This document shows, piece by piece, positions 12,930 to 25,302 of a stretch of DNA of 64,000 nucleotides. Origin of the DNA: Mobula hypostoma (lineage: Eukaryota); assembly GCF_963921235.1 (NCBI RefSeq), contig NC_086108.1, forward strand, positions 12,586,001 through 12,650,000, in the 5' to 3' direction. Below the pieces are notes generated by a model. The model was not told where the DNA came from. It ran no database searches and worked only from the letters and a program-made list of their open reading frames with translations. A program made the position numbers and the translations under genes. Within the stretch, counting starts at the first letter, position 1. Each line of letters starts with the position of its first letter.

Positions 12930-13628
12930 TCACACAAAATGCTGGAGGAGCTCAGCAGGTCAGGCAGCATCTATAGAAATGAACAGAGTCAATGTTTCAT
13001 GCTGAAACCCTTCATCAGGACTGAGAAGGAATGAGGAAGATGCCTGAATAAAAAGGTGGAGGAGGGGAAGGAGGCTAGCTGGAAGGTGATTGGTGAAACA
13101 AGGAGGGTGGGAAAGGTAAAGGGCTGGAGAGGAAGGAATCTGATGGAAGAGGAGAGTGGACCATTGGAGAAAGGGAAGGAGGAGGGGACCCATGATAGGC
13201 AGATGAGAAGAGGCAAGAGAGGGGAATAGAAGAATGGGAGGGTGAGGGATATTTTTAATGAGGAGATATTGAAATTCATACCATTAGGTTGGAAGCTATC
13301 CAGATGGAATATAAGGTGTTGCTTCTCTACCCCAAGGGTGGCCTCATCTTGGCACAAGAGGAGGCCATGGACTGGCATGTCAGAATGGGCACGGGAATCA
13401 GAATTGAAATGATTAGCCAGTAGGAATTTCCACTTCTGGCAGATGGTGCAGAAGTTGTCAATGACATGGTCCCCCAATTTACGACAAGTCTCCTCAATGT
13501 GGAGGAGGCTGCATCAAGAACACTGGACACAAAGGATGACCCCCAGCAGATTCGCAGGTGAAGTGTTGCCTCACCTGGAAGGACTATTTGGGGACCTGAA
13601 TGGAGGTGAATGGGCAGGTGTGGTACTT
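12930..13628 (-). mobile_element. Penelope-like element 3' fragment (GIY-YIG remnant, polypyrimidine tract, terminal repeat)
   Basis: Homologous to 47224-48000; remnant peptide NHFNSDS...HGLLLC...EKQHLIFHL. Confidence 0.85.
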
Positions 13629-13954
13629 AAGCCTTAGCACTTGGAAATGATATCATTTCCTCCTTCAGTAAAGCCTGGGCTTTCCTTCTGCACGGCCTTT
13701 CAGCAGGTAAGCTACTTTATTAATCATCTTGCTGTTAATCATTAACCCCTTGTTTACCTGAACAATACCAGTAAACCCTGTGGTCAACTCCTGTGATATT
13801 TTAACATACCATTTCTAACTGCTTCTTTCTTCAAAGATTCCAGTTCCTGCATCACTTGCTTCTGAACTTTCCTTTCCTAGCTACAAAGTCTGGAAAATCC
13901 CACTTCCTCCCCTGAACCCTAAGCATGGCAACCAGTTTCCAACACTATCAACAG

Positions 13955-14115
13955 AAATGATTCTGTAGATGCTGGAAATGTTGAGCAACACACACAAAAT
14001 GCTAGAGGAACTCAGCAGGTCAGGCAGCATCTGTGGAGGAAGTAAACCATTGAGATATGATGAAGGGTCTTGGCCCAAAGCATCCCAACTGTTTATTCCC
14101 TCAAGCTCCTCCAGC
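13955..14115. mobile_element. Short Penelope terminal-repeat fragment with inverted arms
   Basis: ACACACAAAATGCTAGAGGAACTCAGCAGGTCAGGCAGCATC motif and degenerate hammerhead. Confidence 0.75.
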
Positions 14116-14614
14116 ATCAGTCCCATCTTTAAGTAACAGTTTAACAGAAGAAACTGAAGGGGGGAGGTGGGTTGGTCAGATAATGTAGTGGTTAGTGTGA
14201 CGCTATTAGACCTCAGGGCATTTGACGTTCGGAGGTCAATAGCAGCACTGAGGGTTTGTTGTGAACAGGGAGTGAGGAAGGCAGAAGTGGAGAGGGGTGA
14301 ATGGGCAAGAGGGAGAGGAGGTGGAGAACAAGGATGATATAAAGGGGGGAGGGAGGTAGACTGAGGAAGAGATTGGGACAGAGTGTGGAAGAAGAGTGGC
14401 AAGGGTGGGATTAAGAGTGAAGAGACACTCAGAAGGAGTGAAAGGGGCTGAGTGAGGAATGGATGGAGCGATGATGAGTGTTCCTCCTGATTTACAAGTT
14501 CAGTTTCTGTCCCTCATGAGTGGTTGGTGTGTGTCAAAAACTCATTGTGCATGGGAGTTTGTGTTAAACTCTTTGTGCAGGAGTTTCAAAGATATCCACT
14601 GCTTTAGATAAACT

Positions 14615-15148
14615 TTTTAGATTTTGAAGACACAGTCCTCTTTTATTGTCATTTAGTAATGCATGCATTAAGAAATGATACAATATTTCTGCTGGTGTGA
14701 TATCACAAAACACAGGACAGACCAAGACTGAAAAATCTGACAAAACCACATAATTATAACATATAGTTACAACAGTGCAACAATACCATAACTTGATGAA
14801 GTCCATGAGCACAATAAAAGTTCAGTTTCTCAAATGTCCCACATCTCACACAGACAGGAGAAGGAAGAAAAACTCCCTGCCATGCCGACCACAATCCGAC
14901 TGTGAGTCATCCGAAAACTTTGAGCTCTGATCAGCTCTCTGACACCAAGCACTGAGCGCCATCTCTGTCGGAACGATTCAACCTCCTTCTCGGTTGCCAA
15001 AAGCAGGCAAGGCCGGGGATTTTGAGGCCTACCCGCCGAAAGATTCCTGACCATGCAGTAACGACAGCAGCAGATGAGCGTTTCAGAAATTTCTCCAGAT
15101 GTGAAAGCAGAGGAACATCCATTCTCCATCAAATCAGAATTGTCCACT
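14615..15148 (-). mobile_element. Unclassified non-LTR retroelement 3' UTR fragment
   Basis: Minus-strand AATAAA followed by a short (AATCTA)-like tail; no coding motif recognised. Confidence 0.45.
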
Positions 15149-15384
15149 TTTCTTGATTTCCTGAGGTGACCTTATCCCTTGTTGGCATTCTGCAGACTTG
15201 ATAATCTTTCTCTGTGGAGTTGCTGTTCCAATCAACGGTGTATGACCTCATCCAGTTAACCTCCACTGATCCCCTCAGCAAAACTCCAGCAACATCCCAT
15301 CACTGAACCTCAACCTTCAATAAATCCATCCAGATATCTTTTTGCATTCCTATCATTGGAGGTATTGTACGGGATTTACACACA

Positions 15385-15950
15385 AGACCATTAGGCACAG
15401 GAGCAGAATTAGACTATTTGGGCCTATTAAGTCTATGCCACCATTATTATCCCTCTCAACCTTATTTCTTGCCTTCTCCCCATAACCTTTGACAACCTGA
15501 CTAATCAAATACCTATCAACCCTCTCTTTAAACATATCCCACAGCCACCTGCAGCAAAGAATACCACAGATTCACTACTCTGGCTAAAGCAACTCCTCCT
15601 TATTTCTATAACTAAAGAAAGGCTCAGGCATTTCTATGGCTAAAGAAATCCATCCTCATCTCTGTTCTAAAGTTATGTCCTCTGGTCCTAGACTCTCCCA
15701 CTATTGGAAACATCCTCGCCATGTCCACTAGTTAGGCCTTTCAGTGGATTTCAATGAGATCTCCCCCCCCTTATTCATCAAAACTCCAACCAGTTCTGAC
15801 CCAGAGCCATCAAATGCTCCCTATACATAAACCCTTTCATTCCAGGATTAGTCTCATGAACCTCTTGACCCTTTCCAAAGGCAGCACACCTTTTTTAGAT
15901 GAGGTCCAATCTGCTCACAATCTAAGTGCATCTGACCTCATAATGCCTCA
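15385..15950 (-). mobile_element. Decayed CR1 3' fragment
   Basis: Reverse complement of the CR1 3' ends seen elsewhere in the window. Confidence 0.8.
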
Positions 15951-16329
15951 TAATTTAAAATACTTCAGAGGAACGTAGTCACCTTCCAATCTGCATTGGG
16001 GTGCTCCAGAGGAGGCAGGGATGGAAAGAGAAGGGATGAAGGATTGGGGAGGAGTTGAAGTAGGAAATAGGAGGAGCAAGGTCACATGGTACAGCTGGTA
16101 GACATGAGGAGAGATCTTTATCAGCCTCTTTGCCCAGTCTGGTTTGCCTATTAAACCTGTGCTGAACCTTACAATCCACCTTGGCAGTAGCGGCGAACAA
16201 GGGGTGCTGCGGGGGGAGGTGAGCCAAGGTCACAGCGAGTGGTAGATTTGATGCAAAGGGTCAGGTCGCCTTCCCTGCGGCAGGGCACAGGAAACAGGAC
16301 ATAGAACTGTACATCTGTGCTAATCATGA

Positions 16330-17120
16330 TGCACTAATCCATATCTTGATGGTGTGTTTTTGGGCCAATTGAGCAATCTAGTGCTTTGAGGTATTGAGTG
16401 AAGTGCAGGGTCTGGGGATGGGATGTGAGCCCATGATCAACTCCATTTCCCTCTTATCTAGCCGATTAAAGCACCGAGGAAGGGTGAAACCAATGAGGGT
16501 GAGAGCAGGTATTCAGCACCAACTACCTGTGGGTGACTGCTCTCTCTCTGACTACCTGTGAGGGGGGGGGGCATTGTGTGTGTGTGTCCCTTTCTTGCTC
16601 AATACGGCCAGAGGAAGGTGCCTGAGTGTGACCAGTCTCTCTGTCTCTCTCCCTCTTGCTCACTGCTCATGGAGGAAGGTGTCTGTGTGACCAGTCTCCC
16701 CCCCCCCCCCCACCCCACCTCATGGTGTGGGAGTCCTGGATCTTTGATCGATGCAATTTGTGGTTTGGACTCTGTAATCCACATTATGATATGTTTCTGG
16801 TTGCCCTTTGTTTTTTGTTGTTGCTATGTTTGTGCAATTTTGATTGGAGCAGACTGGACCTGCAGATAACAGACACAAAAGCACTGGGTTAGGCTGAAAT
16901 GAGCTGCACTGAGACTGCTTGGATTTTTTTTTGATAGCTTCGTGACTTGGTTTTTTTTCCTTAGTTTTTCTTTGCTGTTTGTGCAATTTGTTCTTTGTGT
17001 TGGGGGTTTGATGTTTTCTCATTGAACAAATTTCATGAGTTTCTTTGTTTTGTGGCTGTCTGTGAGAAGACAAATCTCAGGGTTATATACTACATACTTG
17101 ATAATAAATGGACTTTGAAT
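16330..17120 (+). mobile_element. Non-LTR (Rex/L2-like) 3' UTR repeat
   Basis: Ends in AATCTCAGGGTT...TGATAATAAA...ACTTTGAA, like 20090-20155 and 33140-33200. Confidence 0.5.
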
Positions 17121-17349
17121 CGTAATCCTATCTGCCTGCACTTGGTCCATATCCATCAATCCCTGACTGTTCATGTATCTGGCCAAATATCTCTAACATA
17201 GTTGAAGTTTCTTTTTTCTCATAGTGCTCCGGGACCTCCACCCTAACCTCCTGGCTTTTGTTTCCATCACTTTTCACACTGATGGTTCAAACTTATGGAA
17301 TGAGATAGAAGCAGGTGGCAGATGCAATCAAAGTGGTGGCTGCATTCAA

Positions 17350-17776
17350 GGCAAAGTCTGCAGATGCAGGAAATCCAAAGCAACACACAAAATACTGGAG
17401 GAACTCAGCAGCTCAGGTAGCATCTATGGAAATGAATAAACAGTCAAAGTTTTGGGCTAAGACCCTTCAGGATAGAGAAGGGAGGAGGGGTGCAGGGGAA
17501 GTAATAGGCAGATGAGAAGAAAAATGTCAGTGGTGAATAGATGAAGGGAGGGGGAGAGTTATTTCCTCACTGGAAGGAGAAATTGATATTCATGCCAACA
17601 GGTTGGAGGTTGCCCAGACAGAATATAAGGCGTTGCTCCTCCACCTGGAGGATGGCCTCATCTTAGCAATGGATTGACACGTCGGAATGGGAATCAAAAT
17701 TAAAATGTTTGGTCACTGGGAAGTCCCACTTGTAGCAGATGGTGCAGAGGAGTTCAACAAAATGGTCCCCCAATTC
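17350..17776 (-). mobile_element. Penelope-like 3' fragment
   Basis: Same terminal motif and GIY-YIG C-terminal remnant as 12930-13628. Confidence 0.8.
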
Positions 17777-18299
17777 AAGGCAGAAGTTCTTTCTGAAGAT
17801 TGAGACTTAAAAGAGTTGGTGAGAACATGGACGGGGCACAACAACATGTGACAATGGGCAACACTCCTCAGTGCCAACAACACAAGCACACCAGCAGCAC
17901 ATGGGTTAATACTGCTGTTGTTTTTTTTTCTCAACCTGCATTTTGCTATCTGTGGCTAAATCCAGCAAAGGAACAAGTCAATAAGAATTAATTGGAATGG
18001 AGGAGATTATAAATTCTAATCAATCTGAATTCATCAGAAAGACTCACTCTGATCTTTTTGACTTCATTCTGATTAGGGGCTAAAATACCAACATTGAAAT
18101 CAAAATCATTTTGTTTTCTGTGCTGTAGTTTCTATGGTTCTATTCAGAGTGCATTGCAGCTTTGAAAACAAATATTTCTTGGAAACATCAGTGAGACATC
18201 ACAGATAGAAGATTCATGAAAATATTCAGTGGTGGAGATTAGCTAGAGGAGGAAAAAGCTAGGGATTGTTCACTCCCTTTCAGGTACCAGTTGATGCAT

Positions 18300-18705
18300 A
18301 AGAATCAGGTGTAATATCACCAGTAAATGTTGTAAAATTCATATACATTTAAAGAAGTAGTGCAAAAAAAATTAGGGGGGTAGTGTTTATGGATTCAATG
18401 TCCATTCAGAAATCGGCTGGCAGAGGAGAGACAGCTGTTCCTGAATTCTTAAGTGTGTGCCTTCATGCTCCTGTACCTCCTCCTTGATGGTAGCAATGAG
18501 AAGAGGGCATGTCCAGAGTGGTGGGGGTCCTTAATGATGGATGCTGCCTTTTTGAGGCATTGCTCCTTGAAGATGTCCTGGATACTATGGAGGCTAGTGC
18601 CCATGATGAAGAGGAGTTTATAACTTCCTGCAGTTTACTTTGATCCTGTGCAGTGCCCCACCCCCACCCCCATACCAGACGGTGATAAAGCCAGTTAGAA
18701 TGAAC
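18300..18705 (-). mobile_element. Rex1/Babar-like LINE 3' fragment
   Basis: Homologous to 38488-39165 and 45940-46575. Confidence 0.75.
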
Positions 18706-19429
18706 AATAGAGTTGTTAATTACCGGCCATCGACTTCAACAATGACACTCTGATAGATCAGGTATTAGGAGGGGGAGAGATTAAACCATCAATCCATCCC
18801 AAACCATGCGTTATCACTCCAGGTTACTCCTGAAGTATCTTCAGATTTTTCACATCCCCAGGATGTTCCATGGGTATTTTAAGCAATTATTAATTAAGTT
18901 TTAATCTCTGCTGCCTTTTATACTCAGTATCTTATAAGACCACAACTCAATGGGCCATATGGCCTACTCCTGATCCTAGTCTCATGGTTTTATGGTCTTA
19001 TAGAACAGTGTATGCTCTCACCTGTCTGACCATACCCCACACATACTCTCTCCTCTCACACCCTGTTTTGAACGGTTCCCTTGTTTCTGTCCTGGCCCAG
19101 ATCAATCTTCCAGAGAAAATGCTTCACCTGACAAAACTGCATCTGCTATGTGTCTGCCCATTCCACCAGCCTGCTTATAACAGAATCAGAACCAGGTTTA
19201 TTATCAACAGCATGTGTCATGCAGTTTGTTAACTCAGCAATACATGATAATATGGAAAGAAAAAAATAAGTAAGTAAATTAATTACAAAAAACAGTGTTC
19301 CATAATAATATCCCTCTGCACATTCCTCCAGTCTGTTTATATCCCTTTGCAATCTATCCTTCTCCTCCCCACAGTTAAGGAAACTGTCAAGATCATTAAA
19401 CCTGCATTCACCTCAACCCTCTGTGGCAG

Positions 19430-19680
19430 CACACACATAATGCTGGAGGGACTCAGCAGGCCAGGCAGCATCCATAGGAATGAATAAACAGTTATGGGCC
19501 AAGACCCTTCCTCAGAACTGGAAAGGAAAGGGAGAAGTTGGAGTAAGAAGGTGGGGGAGGGGAGGAGAGGAAGAAGTACAAGGTGGCATCTTTTGCATGG
19601 ATGCTGCCTGACCTGCTGAGTTCTTCTGGCATTTTGTATGTTGCTTTGGATTTCTAGCAACTGCAGATTTTCTCATGTTT
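19430..19680. mobile_element. Short inverted Penelope terminal fragment
   Basis: Inverted arms GCTGGAGG..CTCAGCAGG / CCTGCTGAGTT..TGGCATTTTG. Confidence 0.75.
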
Positions 19681-19779
19681 GCCAACTCTCTGTGGTCTGC
19701 TCCTTGGCCAACTTTCTATTCCTATCATCAATATCCATTTTATGCCATTTGGTTAAACTTTGCTCATACTGTAATCCTG

Positions 19780-20155
19780 TCTGCTGTACCCATCCATCAT
19801 CAGAGATCCCCACCACCTAGGTTATGCTTTCTTCTCATTGCTGCCATCAGGTGGAAGATACAAGAGCCTCAGGTTCTGTTCCAGAACAGTTACTTCCCCT
19901 CAACCATCAGGCTCTTCAACAAAAGGGGATAACTCACTTTCAAAGACTCTTTATCTCATGTTCTCATTATTTATTGTTACTTATTTATATTTGCAATTGC
20001 ACAGTTCATTGTCTTCTGTACTCTGATTGATCTTTCATTGATCCTGCTGTGGTTACTATTCTATAAATTTGCTGATTAGGCCCATAAGAAAATGAATCTC
20101 AGGGTTGTATGTGGTGATGTACATGCACTTTGATAATAAAATGTACTTCGAACAT
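19780..20155 (+). mobile_element. Rex-like LINE 3' fragment
   Basis: LPSG.RY.SL...NSYFPSTIRL remnant and 3' UTR shared with 32622-33202. Confidence 0.7.
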
Positions 20156-20329
20156 TGGACCTTATCAAAAGTCACAGTCACACAGTACAGAATCAGAGCC
20201 TTTGGTCCATAGTCCACACAACCTGCATTTCATTCTCCTCACATTTCCATTAACTCACCCCTAGCCCCCAGAGTCTACTACTCACCTCAACACTAGGGCA
20301 ACCGACCAACATTCACACCTTTGTGATAG

Positions 20330-21710
20330 TCATAGACCACTACAGCCCACAGGTGCAGGCCCTTTGGCCCATCTAATCCATGCTTGATCATTTAATCTGA
20401 CTAGAACCATCAGCCTGCACAGGGACCTTAGCCCTCCATACTCCTACCCTCCATGTACCTATCCAAACTTCTCTTAAACGTTGAAATTGAATGCATATCC
20501 ACCACTTTTGCTAACAGCTCCTTCCACACTCTCACCACCCTTTGAGTGGGAAAAAGTTCCCCCTCATGTTCCCCTTAAACTTTTCATCTTTCACCCTTAA
20601 GCAATGACCTCTAGTTCTAGTCTCACCCAACTGCATCGGAAAAAGCCTACTTGCATTTACCCAATCTATATCCCTCAATTTTGTATACCTCTGTCAAATT
20701 TCTCAATCTTCTACTTGTAACATCCTGGTTAAGATTTTTACTGCTATGCTGTAGGTATTTCACTTTAGCAGTTCTGTAAGAGTAGTCTGTTTGAGCTAAA
20801 GATAAGGGGCTATGTTGTTCAATTTAGGAATGCTATGTCAGCCAATCAGAATAGTGGAATTAGGAGACGGGTCTAGAGAACGCTGAGCAGAAAGGTTTTT
20901 GTGGTAGACACTGGCGTAAATCAAGGTCTTTGTTGGTGGGAGCTAGGAGAAGACAGGAGGAAAGATGGCTGAGGATGCTGTCCCTGCTGTACAAGGTGCT
21001 TTGTGCAGATGAATAGCTTCGAGGAGGATGGACGTGGGGGATCCCATTTTCCTCGAGGTAGATTTTGAACGACATTCGGAAAGTGGTGTGTGCTTTCACA
21101 CAGACTGTGGGTCCAGAGCATGAGTCAAAGACAACTTCAAGATGAGCTCCAACCTATGTGCACATTTAGACTGGATTAACTGTGATGGGCCCTGTTTTTT
21201 TTTCTACTGTTTGATAAAGCTGAAATTTGTAAATATGCTTTCTTTATAATTGTATGCAATGTACAATCTGTTATTTCTTGCCGACAGCTAATTGCATGGG
21301 GGCAGTACTTACACAGTATTCACATAGGTCGGACTTTGGGTGGTCAAGACATCCCAACTTCCTGGTGTTGTTGTGACCCAAGTCACACGGACCTAGACGT
21401 ACGAAGTTTGAGAAAGGTAGTTTTCTCACTGCTAGTCCAATGACTGCTAACGAGCGAAGTCTCTAGAGATACCCTGTAAAAAGGAGTTTCATACGCTCTT
21501 GGGAATAAAGACCTAACCTATTCAACTTCTCTCTATAACTCAGATTCTCATGTCGTGGTCACAGCCTTGTCAATTTTCTCTGTACTTTTTCAAACTTATT
21601 TACAACTTTTCTCCAGATAGGTGACCAAAACTGCACACAATACTCCAAATCAGGCCTCAACAACATCTTGTACAACTTCAACATAAAGTTCCAACTCCTC
21701 TACTCAATAA
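20330..21710 (-). mobile_element. CR1 3' fragment interrupted by a solo LTR
   Basis: Colinear with the CR1 at 29690-30294 on both sides of 20716-21491. Confidence 0.8.
20716..21491 (+). mobile_element. Solo LTR
   Basis: TGTAACATCC...GGAGTTTCA termini; 4-bp TSD TACT/TACG; interrupts the CR1 cleanly. Confidence 0.75.
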
Positions 21711-21789
21711 TGGAACCAGAGTGGATGGAGAAGTCCAAGTTTTATTGAATATTCCACTTTGGCATCTCATCACCGCCTCAGTTAAATCT

Positions 21790-22650
21790 ACTGGTACTTT
21801 GGTGACTGCATTTACAGCTGCTACACTGTTCTCAACGTCAGTAAGACCAAATAACTGGTTGTGGACATCAGAAAGGGTAGGATGAGGGAAAACACATCAG
21901 TCTTCATTGAGGAATTAGCAGTAGAAAAAAATGAGCAATTTCAAGTTCCTGAGTGTCAATACCTCTGAGGATCTAACCTGGTCTCAACATAACACGATGT
22001 AGTTACAAAGAAGTCATCTCAGTGGCTATATTTCACTCAGAGTGTGAAGAGATTTGGTATGTCACCACAAATATTCACAAGTTTTTACAGATGTACAGTG
22101 GAGAACGTTCAAACTGACCACATTCCCATCTGGTATGTGAGGGAGGGGCTACTGCACGGGATCAAAGTAAGCTGCGAAGAGTTGTAAAATTAGTCAGCTC
22201 CATCATGGGTGCGAGCCTCTGTAGTATTCAAGACATCTTCAAGAAGCGATGCCTCAAAAAGGTGGCATCCATTATTAAGGACCCCCCACCACCCAGGACA
22301 TGTCCTCTTCTCATTGTTACCATCAGGTAGGAGGTACAGGAGCCTGAAGGCCACACTCATCGATTCAGGAACAGCTTCTTCCCCTCACCCCCCCCCGTCC
22401 CCCCCCCCAACATCCGGTTTCTGAATGGACATTGAACCTATGAACACTATCCCACAACTCTTTTTATTTCCTATTTTTTTGCACTACTTACTTAATTTAA
22501 CTATTTTATAGTTATAGAGGGAGATATATTTACAGTATTTCAGTTTCCTTTTTCTCCCTATTATCATGTATTGCAATGTACTGCTGCCACAAAGATAACA
22601 AATTTTACGACATATGGTGGCGAAATTGAAGCGGATTCTGATCCTGATAC
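21790..22650 (+). mobile_element. Rex1/Babar-like LINE 3' fragment
   Basis: LNVSKTK*LVVD, FKFL and LLPSGRRYRSL remnants; (GATTCT)n-like tail. Confidence 0.8.
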
Positions 22651-23601
22651 TCATTGAAGTGATTGTGATCCTGAGAGCGAGAATCTGTAATATAAATTTT
22701 GCCCACAACCCAGGAAAATATAAGCCCTTGATGGTGTCGTTTCCCATTTCCTCACTAATACGAGTAGTGTCTGAGCCACTCGCAGAGCTGGTAATCCTCA
22801 GACTTCTTTCCATTTCAAATCACTTCACTGATCATCAAGGACACACATCACATTTATTGTTCAAGACAGCTGAAAAAAGGCCATCATTCAAAGGTTTATA
22901 GTCTATTGAATATTATATAGAATTTTATATGTGAATATATCTCATTGTTGCTGCCAATATGTTGTATTTCTGTAATGGTATTATAATCTCAAACAGATCA
23001 AGACTCAGAGATCCATTTCCGCCACTTAAACTTGAATAACATGTTGCAATAATATATTGCATCTCTCCTGCGAGTGTCTAGAAAGCAAAGACACAGATAT
23101 TAATGTATTTCTTTCGCAGACAGCTGTCCTTTGAAAAATTTCTTTAAAATACCTATTAAGTGTTCAGTGATAGTTGACCTTTGGCAGCTTTCCTTTGAAA
23201 AATTCCAAAAAATACTTATTATATGTTGAGTGATGGCGAGTAATGGAGAAAGAAGTCAGCGCACTCCAATGGTGATGGTCTGCCTGTCCACGCTGCGATT
23301 AAACGGTCAGCAACAAAAGGGAATTGAAAATCCAGAGGGGTGATGCTTGGAAGTACAAAGGGTCAGTATGTGAGCTATTGTGTAAAATGTGTGTGAGGAA
23401 CTGAGTGCAGAGTGGTCGTTATTTCCAGAGCCTCCTGTGGCTGGCTCAGGTGGTTCCTGAGATCCACTACTGACCCAGGGAGCAGTCAATCAGGAGTATC
23501 TGCATCTAACAAGATCAGTAAGTAATTTAAAGCAGCACTTACCCTTTTACTGCTCAAACTCCATCCCCTTTTAGGAACAAAAAAGATGTTTATATGTACA
23601 T

Positions 23602-23732
23602 ATGAAAATCTGCAGATGCTGGAAATCCAGAACAGCACATGCAAAATGCTGCAGGAACTCAGCAGGCCAGGCTGCTTCTATGGAAATGAATAAACATGAT
23701 AGGTTTCGGGCCAACGCCCTTCTTCAGGACTC
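23602..23732 (-). mobile_element. Short Penelope terminal fragment
   Basis: Terminal motif plus degenerate hammerhead. Confidence 0.7.
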
Positions 23733-23907
23733 CGTATATGTATATGTGCTACAAAGTCACAGATCTAACCATATTCTCCCTCTCAGCCACCACAACAATG
23801 CCATTGTAACATTAGCATCCTCTGGGTGTCAACTGGGCTGTTCCTTCAGATTCATCAACACTTCTCCTGAATATGTCAAAGTTCAAAGTAAATGTGTTAT
23901 CAAAGTA

Positions 23908-24924
23908 TGCTCAGTGCTGGGACCCCAGTTGTTTACAATATATATTAATGACTTGGATGAGGGAATTAAATGCAGCATCTCCAAGTTTGCGGATGACACG
24001 AAGCTGGGCGGCAGTGTTAGCTGTGAGGAGGATGCTAAGAGGATGCAGGGTGACTTGAATAGGTTGGGTGAGTGGGCAAATTCATGGCAGATGCAATTTA
24101 ATCTGGATAAATGTGAAGTTATCCACTTTGGTGGCAAAAATAGGAAAACAGATTATTATCTGAATGGTGGCCGATTAGGAAAAGGGGAAGTGCAACGAGA
24201 CCTGGGTGTCATTATACACCAGTCATTGAAAGTGGGCATGCAGGTACAGCAGGCGGTGAAAAAGGCGAATGGTATGCTGGCATTTATAGCGAGAGAATTC
24301 GAGTACAGGAGCAGGGACGTACTACTGCAGTTGTACAAGGCCTTGGTGAGACCACACCTGGAGTATTGTGTGCAGTTTTGGTCCCCTAATCTGAGGAAAG
24401 ACATCTTTGCCATAGAGGGAGTACAAAGAAGGTTCACCATATTGATTCCTGGGATGGCGGGACTTTCATATGAAGAAAGACTGGATGAATTGGGCTTGTA
24501 CTCGTTGGAATTTAGAGAGATTGAGGGGGGATCTGATTGAAACGTATAAGATCCTAAAGGGATTGGACAGGCTAGATGCAGAAAGATTGTTCCCGATGTT
24601 GGGGAAGTCCAGAACAAGGGGTCACAGTTTGAGGATAGAGGGGAAGCCTTTTAGGACCGAGATTAGGAAAAACTTCTTCACACAGAGAGTGGTGAATCTG
24701 TGGAATTCTCTGCCACAGGAAACTGTTGAGGCCAGTTCATTGGCTATATTTAAGAGGGAGTTAGATATGGCCCTTGTGGTTACGGGGATCAGGGGGTATG
24801 GAGGGAAGGCTGGGGCGGGGTTCTGAGTTGGATGATCAGGCATGATCATAATAAATGGCGGTGCAGGCTCGAAGGGCCGAATGGCGTACTCCTGCACCTA
24901 TTTTCTATATTTTTATGTTTCTAT
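23908..24924 (+). mobile_element. 5'-truncated CR1, same family as 6210-8216, inserted in an older 3' UTR repeat
   Basis: Near-identical to 7206-8216; FADD motif; TTTCTAT tail. Confidence 0.95.
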
Positions 24925-25302
24925 ACAACCTTGAGATTCGTTTCCTAGCAGGCAGCCACAAAACAAAGAATCCCAATAGAACCCATTTTAAAAAAAAATG
25001 AAGACCGACAAGCACCCAATATGCAGAGAGAGATAAACCAAATCAGGGAAGCAACAAAAGTACGAGGGGTGATTGATAAGTTCGTGGCTTAAGGTAGGAG
25101 GAGTCAATTTTAGAAAACCTAACACATTTATTTTTCAACGTAGTCCCCTCCTACATTTACACACTTAGTGCAGTGGTTGTGGAGCATACAGATCTTGGAC
25201 CTCCAGAAAGTATCCACAGCAGGGGTGATTGATAAGTTTGTGGCCTAAGGTAGAAGGAGATGAGTTATACAGCTCTCGTTACATGCACATGCAGTTCAAC
25301 TC

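Noticed and set aside
22484..23530. Unique-looking DNA with short ORFs and a degenerate tandem duplication of about 64 bp (23121-23237)
   Set aside because: No recognisable protein motif or supported exon structure; a non-coding or short exon cannot be excluded without RNA data
23602..24540. 312-aa ORF as a gene
   Set aside because: Chance read-through from a Penelope end and unique DNA into a truncated CR1 RT
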